DNA of 64,000 nucleotides from Paraspadella gotoi (taxonomy: Eukaryota; Animalia; Chaetognatha): positions 11,737,896 to 11,801,895 of the forward strand of contig CM119271.1 in assembly GCA_051294375.1 (NCBI GenBank), given 5' to 3'. Below, piece by piece: positions 24,351 through 40,670 of the stretch (the stretch's first letter is position 1; each line of letters starts with the position of its first letter). The notes below the pieces were generated by a model. That model was not told the DNA's origin. It ran no database searches and worked only from the letters and a program-made list of their open reading frames with translations. The translations under genes were made by a program, and so were the position numbers.

Positions 24351-25653
24351 GATCAGTTTCTCCTTTTCTTTTTAAGGGGGACTGAGTGGAAGCAATAATT
24401 TCAAGGCCTGACAGTAGAAGAGAGAAAAAAACAAAAAGATGTAACGCCCAGACGTAAATACTTTGTAAACCACAACCATTTTTTCCAACCGATATAAAAC
24501 GGTTAACAAAATAGAGAGAGTACATAAAAAATATCGATAGACGCGATATATAACGAGTGCGATTATAGAGAATTTAAGCTTTTTTTTTAATTCGAAAGAC
24601 ACGATTCTGAATATATTCTAGTTGATATGAGAAACTAGACTAGATTGTAGATCACACGGATATAGAGATCAGAAAAGCGCTCGATCATAAAATGTAAAAG
24701 CTATAACATAGAAGCTAAATCTAAAAAGACGGGTAAAACCCATTGATATATGAAAAGTTTAACCACCCAATAAAAAAAATGTTTGGTTTGAACACTAACG
24801 TTCTAAAAATACTAATTTTTCGTCCTTGCATCGAATTAATCATGAACTAGGTGAAATATTAATTAGGCAAAAAAATTCGCCTAATTTGGATCGCGGCCGA
24901 GTAAATCGCCAACAAAAAAGCTAAGCCCAAAAATCAGAGTTTGTAAAAAAAATAATTTTAGATCCTGATTTTAATAAAGAAAACAAAAGCGCGACTTAGT
25001 AAAAGAGTAACGCAAATTAGTACAAAACAAAAACCTGTTGGGGTGACTTTTTTATAGGATATATCAATTATTATTTATGTAAAATATGCACGCAAAATCT
25101 AACCAACCATTCCCTTGATAATCTTGGCTCAGATTTAGTTTAGTTACATTTGTATTTAAATAAATCCAGACAGTTTCTGATTGCAACTACTTTCGTCCGC
25201 CCCGACAGGTTTAAGCGAGTAAAGCGATTCAAACCGACTCAGAGGACAATAACACCGAAGGTAAAACTAGTTTTTGCACCGCGTTTTGGTAAGGCACCAA
25301 CGTTTAACAATTAACGTTTAACAAACAAAACCACGACACCTCAGAAAATAATTTCAGAGAAGTTTTCCTGGCCAGCTTTAGCTCGATAATAAAAAAAATA
25401 AATTCCAACACGAACGAGGCAGAAGCTGAAAACAGGGAAAAAATGTAGCACTTTGTGATCATCACCTTCCAAAAGGTTAACATATCACAGAATAAAGAAT
25501 CACTCTCAATGTAGTAGATATATATATATGGAAAACCGTGAAAACTTCATGCTAAATAGTCCACTTCGTCACTTATAAGTGATATTGCTTTCTTTTCATC
25601 CACCACTACTTCTACTTTTAGTCCAACTTTTAGCCCAACATTAAACTCAACAT

Positions 25654-28600
25654 TTAGTCCAAATTGTAACCCAAAGTGTGAAGCGTCTCCCTCGGTACTT
25701 CCTTCCCGTCTGGACCGATGACGCGTTTCCTTTCCTCCACTACTTCCTCTCCTCTCTCATTCACCGTCACTACGGTGATGGTTTCCGTGTAAAAAGTGGC
25801 CACCGTCTCCGTCGTCTCTGTCACCCAAACCTCCTGCTCTTCCTCCTCCTCTTCCTCCTCGGGATTCACATGCTGACTACTACCGGCGGGAGTTTCGCTC
25901 TGTTTAAACTGTCCCTGGTTGTCTAATTCTTTAGGTAATGCAGAATGGACGGGAACATCCTCCTTTTTGATTATAACAAAATTATCCTCACTCGCTTTGG
26001 CACCATTGGAAGCGGCTTCCTCTTGTTGTCTCTTGAATGTGGCCTCCCTTGCTTCAGCATCCTGCTGTCTCTTTAATTCAGCTGCTTTGGCCGCTTCTTG
26101 CTGTCTTTTTAACTCCGCTGCTTTGGACGCTTCTTCTTGCTGTCTTTTTAATTCAGCTGCTTTAGCCACTTCTTCCTGCTGTTTTTTTAATTCAGCTGCT
26201 TTAGCGGCTTCTTTCTTGCCGTCTTTTTAATTCCACTGCTTTGGCCTCTTCTTGCAATCTTTTTAATTCAGCGCGCTTTAGCGGCTTCTTCTTGCTGTCT
26301 TTTTTAATTCAGCTGCTTTAGCGGCTTCTTCTTGCTGTCTTTTTAATTCAGCTGCTTTAGCTGGCTTCTTCTTGCTGTCTTTTTAATTCAGCTGCCTTTA
26401 GCGGCTTCTTCTTGCCTGTCTTTTTAATTCCGCTGCTTTAGCGCTTCTTTCTTGCTCTTTTTAATTCAGCTGCTTTAGCGGCTTCTTCTTGCTGTCTTTT
26501 TAATTCAGCTGCTTTAGCGGCTTCTTCTTGCTGTCTTTTTAATTCAGCTGCTTTAGGGCTTCTTCTTGCTGTCTTTTTATTTCAGCTGCTTTAGCGGCTT
26601 CTTCTTGCTGTCTTTTTAATTCAGCTGCTTTAGCGGCTTCTTTTTGCTGTCTTTTTAATTTGCTGCTTTAGCGGCTTCTTCTTGCTGTCTTTTTAATTCA
26701 GCTGCTTTAGTGGCTTCTTCTTGCTGTCTTTTTAATTCAGCTGCTTTAGTGGCTTCTTCTTGCTGTCTTTTTTAATTCAGCTACTTTAGCCGCTTCTTGC
26801 TGTTTTTTTAATTCAGCTGCTTTAGCGGCTGCTTCTTGCTGTTTCTTTAATTCAGCTGCTTTGGTCGCTTCTTGCTGTTTTTTTAATTCAGCTGCTCTAG
26901 CGGCTTCTTCTTGCTGTCTTTTTAATTCAGCTGCTTCTTCTTGCTGTCTTTTTAATTCTGCAGCTTTAGCAGCTTCTTGCTGTTTTTTTATTTCAGCTGC
27001 TTTGGCGGCTTCTTGCTGTCTTTTCATTTCAGCTGCTTTGGCGGCTTCTTCTTGCTGTCTTTTCATTTCAGCTGCTTTTGCCGCCTCTTCCTGTTGTCTT
27101 TTCAATGCAGCTGCCTTGGCTGCTTCTTGCTTTTTTAATTCGGCTGCCTTGGCCGCTTCTTCTTGCTGAATTTTTAATTTAGATGCTTTCGCTGCTTCCT
27201 CTTGCTGTCTTTTCAGTTCAGCCGCTTTAGTAGCAGCCTCTTCCTGCTGCTTTCTTAGTTTAGCAGCTTGGGCCTCTTCCTGCAGCTTTTTTAGTTTAGC
27301 AGCTTTAACCTCTTCTTGTTGTCTTTTTAGTTCAGCTGCTTTGGCCTCTTCTTGTTGTCTTTTTAGTTCAGCTGCTTTGGCCGCTTCTTCTTGCAGTCTT
27401 TTTAATTCAGCTGCTTTGTCCGCTTCTTCTTGCTGTCTCTTCAATTCAGCTGCTTTGGCCGCTTCTTCTTGCTGTCTCTTCAGTTCAGCCGCTTTAGCAG
27501 CAGCCTCTTCCTGCTGCTTTTTTAGTTTAGCAACTTTAGCCTCTTCTTGCTGTCTTTTTAGTTTAGCTTCCTCTTTCTCCCTCTTCAATTCAGCAGCTTT
27601 GACAGCCTCACCTTTTTGTGTTTTCATTTCAGCAGCTTTGGCTGCCTTAACAGCAGCAGCTTCCAGTTGTTTTTTAGCTGCTTCCTCTTCTTGTCTCGGC
27701 CTGCCTACCGCTTTTTCCACTTCCTTGGCATTTTTAGTTGATGCCGCCTGTTGTTCCTTTAATTCTGCCTCTTTGGCCTTTATTACTTTAGCATCTTCTT
27801 TTTCTATAGGTAATTTCTCTTTCTTAGTTTCGGTAGATTTTTCCTGATTTTTTGGGCTCAATTCAACTTCTTTGGTTCCAATATCCTCCTTCCGTTTTTT
27901 TAATGCAGATTTTTTAGTTGCTTGCACCGACTCTTTATCCCCATGATCGGATTCTCTCTTCGTCCCTTGGCCTGGCTGTTTTGTGAATTCAGTTTCGTGG
28001 GAAGGGCTGACAGAAGACTTTTGCAATTTCTTCATTTCAGACTTTTTGGCAGGAGAATCTTTGTTGCTTCGCTTACCGGCGGGTACTTTCTTGCCTTGTG
28101 CAATTTCTTTAGTTTCCTTAGAAGGAGCCAATCGTGATTTTTTGAAAGACGTTGCCTTCTCCTCATTACCTTCGCCTGTACTATTTCTTAAATTAAATTT
28201 TCTCTTATCTTCAAGCAAAACGGATCGTTTTTCGGCAATGGAAAATGGATTTAGCTTCGCCATTTCATTCATATTTTTTAAGGGATTACGCTTAAATTTG
28301 GTTGCTTCGGATCCTTTTCTTTTTGGTCGTATAGCACCCTAAATGATTAATTAAATTAGTTTAATGTTAAACACATTAAAAGTTGTTTTAAAAATGTATG
28401 TATAATGTATAATTTTATTTTTAGAGAATCAGCAAAACAATTTCATTTGTTTACTTGAATTTCTTCACTTTGCAGTAATAGTGTGAGGTCACTGTTGGTT
28501 AGCATTGGTTGAGGAAGATTGTAGTCTGTTTTTAATATCGAATTTGATTTCCAAGTTCCATACAAAGCATCCAGCTAATATTAAATCAATTACATTTGAA

Positions 28601-29933
28601 TTATAGCTTTTGTTAATTTAAATAGCAAACGATCGCATACCTTATTGATTGCACTTTCAGTCCAAATACAAAATCTGCCGACGTGACCGCCAGGAGCGAG
28701 GGACAACAAGTTTAGCTTCTCGACATTCATGACGGTAACACCTAAAGATTAGTAATTAATGATAATTTTAGTTAACATAATCAACTAAACGGCCCTATTA
28801 ATGGACGAGGTCTGTCTTTGCTGGTCAAGAAGTGGTCATGGATCAACCAGAGAAGACGACTAATCACAAGGCCAACTAATTCCATCAAGACGTCTATTTT
28901 GCTGTAGAAACAATTCTGTCAATCCATCCGGAATCCATCCGTACTCCCCTTTACTCTAACCGGGTATATTCCTGAAAGCTCTCCGAATGCCATCGTCCCG
29001 ATTGTAAATAACGCAGGGTCCGACTTTTTGAATTCTTCTTCGATTTCTCATCTTTCCTTTTCCGGCTCTGAATCTCTTGGAGCGGACGACCTTCTCCACG
29101 TCCGTCCAAGCTTTCAGAGTTTTCAAAAGGCGGACGGCGTCTTTGGTTTTGCGAAAAGACTCCACTTTGTCTTCCACCACCTATCATTGTAATAATTAAG
29201 TATTTGTTATTATAAAAGTTTGTACCCGACATATTTTTCGATTAATAATTTGCTAACTTATTATCTTATAAGAGGGATGGACTATGGAGGTCGAAAACTA
29301 CCAATTTAATTAACTTGACCAAAACTTTAAATTCAAGCCTATTCCTATTAGGAATCCTAATCTCTTAAATGAATGAGACTCTTTCCTCACCAAAGGAACT
29401 TCTGATATTTCCTCTATCTTATGTCCTTTGGACATGACGAGAGCTGGTACCCCCGTGGCCGCGATGGCCGAACAGACAGCGTATCTCTTTTGATTTGTAT
29501 TGATCCTGTTGTGCCATTTGCGCCAGGTCTTCGTCGGGGCGAACATCCGCCCGCTTCGACACATATTGCCGTAGGCGGCCTGACCGGATCGGTGCGTTCC
29601 TCCGCCTCGGACTCGGGGAATGCGGGCCACCGCTCTCCCGGTTCCCCAAGACGCGGCCGAGGTTTGGTGACCGGCCTTGCTGCTGACCTACGTTCAAAAC
29701 CGACTATTTATAGTATTTACCAAATGGCGGACTCGCATTTTAGTACTATTACTTTATTATTCTATTACTATTACCGCATAAGGCTGACGCGTGTTTTTCA
29801 TCATTCTATCGTGAACGAAACTGACGATATCGGGTCGAATCGGCGCCTTGAACACTGAGGGTGTGTGGATGCTTTTTTGTGTGACAACCTCGTTCTTCTC
29901 GTTGTAAACAGACACAATTGGACGGGTCGCCAT
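25654..29933 (-). CDS. RPL4: 60S ribosomal protein L4 (uL4) with a giant repetitive C-terminal extension
   Basis: Exons 29933-29775, 29687-29391, 29180-28961, 28741-28641, 28574-28455, 28338-25654: [65 protein letters not shown], then open frame into repeats; indels at 26170-26770. Confidence 0.85.
26060..27550 (-). repeat. Coding tandem array of a ~39-bp unit encoding [13 protein letters not shown] (about 38 copies)
   Basis: Direct observation; the most homogeneous part (26170-26770) carries scattered 1-nt indels. Confidence 0.95.
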
Positions 29934-30600
29934 TTTTATAATATAGTGTTTAAATTTTAAAGCTAATTTTAGTCTTAAAAACAGTTAATGCTCTTTGAAA
30001 AGAAAAATTAAAAACTGCAACAAAAAGTAGGCACGATGGAAGTCAAGAAAGGTTTTTTTTTTAATTAAATTTTAACAAACAAGCAAACGATATTTTCAAT
30101 GTCCACTTGAAATGAGTTTTGACGACTTTGAATCATCTGAGGTTGACATCGACTTTACTAATCGACCAATCGACAAGTTCAATATCATTCTCTCTCCTGA
30201 AAGATGATGATAAATGTAATATTAACAGTGAACAATTATTATACAGGCGCATTTACAAATCTTAAGAATTTCATTACTGCTAACAAAATTCTGAATGAAT
30301 ATATCTTTCTTTATTAATGTAGAAAAGATCGAAGGCGAAACAAAAAATGATTTAAGCGGTTCAAGTTGATGCGAAGCGTGGCTTAGCACGCCAGCAATCG
30401 AGGGGAAACTAAAGCTTTTATTATGTTCTACCCCGATTCAACGTGGTAACGTTAAAAGTTCTGTTTTTTTGTCCAAAATTTTTTATATTTAAAATGAAGG
30501 GTAAACACAAAGCGAAAAAAAATGCCAGCAGTTCCACCACTGTTTCAAGCCGTATGATACATGGGTAACGATCTCTTCGTTCTCCGCCCACAAAGCGACG

Positions 30601-35101
<4,501 letters not shown>

Positions 35102-35979
35102 CGTTTCGAAAAAATGCTCGAGTTTTATGCATACATGTATGGATTCTTGATGAAAAACAACGGAAATAATAAGAACGAAAGAATTCAAAGTCGGCCAAGG
35201 TTTTGTCATAAAAAAAATTAATTCGAGATGGATAAGACATCAATGATGAATTAAACTTTAAAGAGAAAATGTAGAGTTGGTTATCTCAGCGAATTGAAGA
35301 TTTCAAATCGTCGTCTTCGGCATTTTTCGTTGTACGTTTGGCAAACTTTTTTTTTTAATTTGGTTTTAGATTCTTATTTACATAACTACAATAACCGATT
35401 ATTCAATCTTATTTCATCTTTTTTCTCTGCCTCAAACCTATGACGATTTTCTGTGACGAGTATTACCTTTAGCTTGTAGTTTTCAGATTCTGATACCCGC
35501 TGGTAATTCAAGTTGCTTTTCCAATTTCAAACTCGGGCATTTCTATTCATTAATATGTATTACTTATTTCTAAACTTTTTTTACTTTTTTTAAATACTTA
35601 CTACTTAAACAAGCCCGACCTATCAACCATTATCCTATTTCAGTATTAACTATAAAATGTCGCACTACAAATTACAAATCACTCATACTACGACGTCACC
35701 TAAAAACTAACTGATTAGATCAACCTGTCTGAACCTTATTTACGGAAACTATATAAGTTTTAACGAAAAAATAACAAGAAAATACTAGAAAGAATGTGTT
35801 TTTTTTTCTTCTAATCTTGAAAACAACGGAATAAAAAATAAATCTAAATTCGTTATAAATTGAAATTCTTTTTGCTTAAATTTTTCGAGTCCCAATTTAA
35901 TTTCGGCGACACAATCGCGAAAGCCGCGAAGGGAAACGGGGGCTGCCCTTCGCCCTACGCCCCACGAAGGCTGCGTCCT

Positions 35980-37208
35980 TTATTTGCCCTTCTTGGCCTT
36001 GAGCTTCCTCTGGTAGAACTCGAGCTCTTTGCCCTCGAGAATGTAACCGTCGGCGCGACCCACTTGGCCCGGTCGCGAGGAGATGGCCGCCAGGATACGA
36101 CCCGTCTGGAACAGTTCCTCCAAGTTGGGATCCACCTTTGGAGAAAAAGCAGGGGAAGATTTAAGTTGCACGACTTTCTTCTAATTTGCATGTTGCAGCG
36201 ATTGTTTAAAACCCTTGTTACTATTTTTTCAATAATTCTATGTTTATTTCAGTTAAGCAAAACGTAAATCATTAAGGATTGGTTAGATTCCATTTAGTTA
36301 TTACTTAACGATTTCTACAAAATCAAAGTTCAATCGACAAGAAACGAAAGTAACAATCAAGATCGATTGAAAGACGAAATTCCCGCAACCACGAACCTTG
36401 GAAGTCTTCCTTCTGTCGTCGTATTTCTTCTGCGACTTTTTCGATCGCTTTTTGTTAAAGAGAGCCTCGTCCGCTTCGCTCAGTTTACTTCCCTAAAGAG
36501 AAAGAAAAGGTTTTTATCGTCGTCGTTAAGTGGGTCTCTCTCCCCCACTTTCCCCTTTAACAAACCTTCTTCCTGCCGAGCGGCAAAGCGTAGTGCGCCT
36601 CGTACCACTGGCGGAAGGGCGTGGCGTCGACAGAGATGATGGCGTTCTTGACGAGCGTCTTGGTTCTGACCAACTCGTTGTTGCTGGCGTTGTAGACGGT
36701 GTCGATGATACGAGCCTTGCGGGAGATGGCCTCCGAGCCCCAAGAGAAGTTTCCCGTGTCCAACCTGGGGACGAGAGAATGAGAGAGAAATGTTAAAGAG
36801 ATGGTTTCAAAATAATGTTTAAGGTTAGGGTAGTTAAGTAATAATTTTTCTTATAATAATTTTTTTATAATAACATTAACGAAGCCAAAATGCCAGTCGT
36901 CGAAGATAAAATTTTACCCATTAGCCTACTTTTTAGGAAGATTTAAAAATTTAATCAAATTACTTTACAGAAAAAATAAGAAAATAGGAATTGAAATGAT
37001 TTCCAGCGGGCGCCAAATATCTTCCGACTTACCTGAGAGCCCTCCTCTTGATGTTGCCTCCCCTAACGCGAACGAGATGAACGCGGTAGGTGCCGATCTT
37101 GGTCATGGAGGCGGGTCGACCCAATTCGTACTTTCTCTTCTTCTTGTAGGTGGGACGCTTCCCTCCCGTCTTTCGCTTCTTGTGCCATTTCGCTTGAGAA
37201 ATTCCCAT
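35980..37208 (-). CDS. RPS8: 40S ribosomal protein S8 (eS8), 4 exons
   Basis: [71 protein letters not shown]. Confidence 0.97.
36795..36920. mobile_element. Truncated copy of the TTAGGG-rich inverted-repeat element, in an RPS8 intron
   Basis: GGTTAGGG..AAGTAATAATTTTT..CCAGTCGTCGAAGATAAAATTTTACCC matches the right part of 45697-45992. Confidence 0.55.
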
Positions 37209-37474
37209 TTTTTTTTTACGAGCTAAATTTAATCTGACCTGGAATATCTTAAAAGGGCAATACTAATTTACTTTTTTTTTCTTCGAAAACCGAATACATT
37301 GAAGCTTAAAAATTTGTATTTTTTTTTTACAGAAACTTGAGGAAAAAGAGAAAGCAAAAAAAATATAGTCTATCGTTTCCCGCTCCCATGAGACATCCAA
37401 TCGGGGATCGGAGCTATGGTGATTAGTCATTCCAGACCGCGTCATGCCATGCCATGCCAAACCATGCCATATTT

Positions 37475-38740
37475 TTAATAGAGGCGCTGGCTGGGGCCCA
37501 TGGAGCTCTTGATGTAGAGAGACCGGACGTTCTGCCAATTCTTCTTCAGCAGAGACACCAAGAAGTTGATGGCGAGACCGATGTTGTTGGTCAAATCATC
37601 GGGAGCCATGGAGACGTTGCCAACGGCGACGGCGAGGCAAAGAACCTTCTTCAGCTGAAACTTGATGGTGGCTTTGAGTTCCTCCACCTTAGACACCATG
37701 TTGTCGCTGTGGGTGATCATGGTCGGGAACTTTCCGGCTTTGTTCAACCCGGGACCCAGAATACGTGGGATCTAAAACGAAGGCAATAAGTTTCTAAATA
37801 AATCGATCATCATTAAAAGCTAATTTATTTCCATATTTAATTGGCTACACCACACCTACTAAAAAAAACTGTTATCTGACAAACGCTTCCTAGCGTTTCA
37901 TTGTAGACAAGCAATTAACAATGACAACAAACACATTATCATCACCTGCTTGATAAGCGAATCCGAAGCCAAGAAGGCGTTGTACTTCTTCGCCAGTTTC
38001 TTGACCAACTTTTTATTCTTGTTCATCTTCTTCAAAGACTCTTGGTCCATGCAAGAGATTCCATTGGCTGAAAACGAGAGAGATGAATGAAGAATGAATG
38101 AATGAAGAATGAATGATGAATGAATAAAGGATGAGTGAATGGAGGATGAATGAATGAATGGAGGATGAATGACGAATGAATGAAGGATGAATGAATGAAG
38201 GATGAATGGAGGATGAATGACGAATGAATGAAGGATGAATGACAAATGAATGAAGGATGAATGACGGATGAATGACAAATGAATGAAGGACGAATGAACG
38301 AAGGATGAATGACGGAAATGGAAAATGAAGAAATAACAAAAGAGAAATGGAAATAAAAACTTCGTGTTTCTCACCAGTGGCCTCGTCGCAATGCTGTTGA
38401 TCACCCAAGATGCAGACGGTGAATTTGGGACGAGGAATGTGACGCAGCTTCACGGTTCCTGTGAGTCGGTAATGTTTTTTTTTTTAAATTTTAAGATTAT
38501 CAACCGTGAATGTCCATGATTTATTAAAGACTTTTTTATCCAAATAAAAATTTCTATCGACATATTATATTATATACTATACATATTATTACCCGAAAAA
38601 CGCTTCTCCTTTTGAGGATCGTAATTCTTCAAGTTGACCTGAAGCTCGACTGTCTCCAAGAACTTGCGCTTCTTGCTCTTCGATCTCTCCAGCATCATGT
38701 TGACGCACTCCAAAATCGTGTCGCGGGAAACTTTAGACAT
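37475..38740 (-). CDS. RPL10A: 60S ribosomal protein L10a (uL1), 4 exons
   Basis: [77 protein letters not shown]. Confidence 0.97.
38083..38315. repeat. Degenerate (ATGA)n/GAAT satellite in an RPL10A intron
   Basis: Direct observation. Confidence 0.9.
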
Positions 38741-39033
38741 TTTTTTACTTCTTTTTCAGAGGAACGCTGTAAATTAAAAAAAAAATCCAAAAAAACCGAA
38801 AAAATAATAATAATAATAATAATAATATGGCGACGGCAGTACAAAATAAATAATTTAAAAACCCGAGTTCTCCAACAGTACGTATATTTGCAATTGTGAC
38901 GATATAAAATAACAATATAACCACGAAGTAATAACAAGGAAAAGATCACACACACACACCGTGGACGCCCGACATCCCCGTGCAAATAACGATATTCATC
39001 CAATCCGATCCGATCTCAAACTAATTTCCTAAG

Positions 39034-40383
39034 TCAAAACCGAAAACTACTCGGAATCGCGAGTCCAGAATTATCTGCGGCGTCGAAGTCAATTCTTCCG
39101 ACGCCGGAATCGAAACCAACGAAGATCTCATTCCCATTCAGAGCCATCGAATAAATGGGCGTCGAGTGTTCGTTGTTTTCGCGATGACGGACGGAGTAGA
39201 TCGTCCGGACGGGTTTGTCCGTCCAGCGCCGATCCCACAGCTGCACGAGGCCGTAATACTGCGTTCCGGCGAAAAGCCAAGGTCGCGTCGCGTCCGAACA
39301 AACGCTGAAGACGGTGTAGTCGAACGGATCGTCGAATCTCGCCACGCAGCCGAGCGTCCGCGCGTCCCACACGCGGACGCACGAATCGTAGCCGGAAGTG
39401 ACGAGCGAGTCCGGAGACTCGAAACTCGCGTGGAGAATCCCGGCGCCGCGCCGGAAATCGACGTCGACGTCGCGAAGAGAAACGCCGACGCCGGTCTCGA
39501 CGCTCCAGAATTTGAGAGGCGAGGGTCGGGAATCGATCCCAGCGGCGCCGGAAACGAAGGCGTCTCCCGAAGGCGAGAAGGCGACCGACCAGACTCGATC
39601 CTCAACCGAAGTGACACGCAAGAGTTGGACGCTTCGACCGGGATCGCCCTCGCGACGCCAGAGTTTTAAACTTCTATCGCGAGAACCGGAGACGACGAGA
39701 TCGGCGTGGGCGTCGACGCAATCGACGGAAGAGGCGTGAGCGTCGGCGGCGCGAAAGAGAGGAAATCGACTTTCAACGATTCTCCTTTCTTTCTTTTTCT
39801 TTTTTCTTCCCGAAAGATAAGAATTAAACCGAGTGAATTCTTCTCGTTCGTCTTCGATCAACCAAGAAGCAAAGCAACCGCTCGTCCCTCCGGCAGTCAA
39901 TAGTCCGTCCTTGACCACGAATCGCGTCGCGCAATCGAGCAGACCCTTGAAGACTACTTCCGCGCGGGTCTCTCGATTCGACGGAAGACGTCGTCTATCG
40001 ATCCTCGAGTTGTTCGTCGAATAGAGATGGCCATCCTCGATCCGCAAACAGGGAATCTCGCGGAGAGAGAAGGCGATGACTTCTTCGCATCGAATCTTTC
40101 CCGTGGAGAGCTTGAGGGCGACGCGGCATCTCTCGAAGGCCTCGTCGAAAGGAAGGACGGCGTTGGAGGCGGAGGCGCAGACTGTGGAGCGCAGCAATCG
40201 ATTCCAAAGAGTCGAGTCTCTCGCCAGAGCGAAGAAGCCTTTGGAGACGAGAGCCAAACGAGCGAGAGACTTAAGGTCGAGGTAAGTTAGCAACAGCAGC
40301 AGCAGCTCCGACGGAAGATCTAAGATGCGAGTTTCGGTCTTGGGTAAGTCAATGGGGGGCGTGGCCTTGGGATCGATCTCCAT
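39034..40383 (-). CDS. FBXW4: F-box/WD40 protein, FBXW4 (dactylin)-like, intronless
   Basis: F-box LDLPSELLLLLLTYLD..LARLALVSKGF; WD repeats VSGSRDRSLKLW, DRVWSVAFSP, GAGIL..ESP..GYDSCVRVWD, YYGLVQLWDRR. Confidence 0.8.
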   Translation of the reverse strand: MEIDPKATPPIDLPKTETRILDLPSELLLLLLTYLDLKSLARLALVSKGFFALARDSTLWNRLLRSTVCASASNAVLPFDEAFERCRVALKLSTGKIRCEEVIAFSLREIPCLRIEDGHLYSTNNSRIDRRRLPSNRETRAEVVFKGLLDCATRFVVKDGLLTAGGTSGCFASWLIEDEREEFTRFNSYLSGRKKKKKERRIVESRFPLFRAADAHASSVDCVDAHADLVVSGSRDRSLKLWRREGDPGRSVQLLRVTSVEDRVWSVAFSPSGDAFVSGAAGIDSRPSPLKFWSVETGVGVSLRDVDVDFRRGAGILHASFESPDSLVTSGYDSCVRVWDARTLGCVARFDDPFDYTVFSVCSDATRPWLFAGTQYYGLVQLWDRRWTDKPVRTIYSVRHRENNEHSTPIYSMALNGNEIFVGFDSGVGRIDFDAADNSGLAIPSSFRF

Positions 40384-40670
40384 TCTTCGATGGGAAATGA
40401 GTAGAGGTGAGGCCAAGTCGAGTGCATTTTTGAACTTGAAGAAAAATCATCGTGTTAACGAGTTAAGACTTATCATTGAAAATGCAACAAAATACTTATA
40501 CATAAATAACATTTTAAGGACCTGTTCCAAATTAAGGAACCTCTTTTGTTCTTTTTTTAATATAAAAACCAATAAACTTAAAAAACCACGACAAACTCAC
40601 GGAAAGGGGGTGGGGGGGGAAATAAGAATCACAGAAAAGCTGCGGCGCCTCGCGACGGAGACGCAAAGAG

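Noticed and set aside
26170-26770. Programmed frameshifting or CRISPR-like array
   Set aside because: The units are contiguous coding repeats with no unique spacers, and the indels are irregular with no consistent slippery-site structure.
26746-28272. Stand-alone TolA-like or horizontally acquired repeat protein gene
   Set aside because: Its N-terminus is the conserved uL4 C-terminal motif and it is joined by an in-phase intron to RPL4 exon 5.
37898-38453. ORFs with HSSFI/IHPSF repeats
   Set aside because: Translation of an intronic (ATGA)n satellite in RPL10A.
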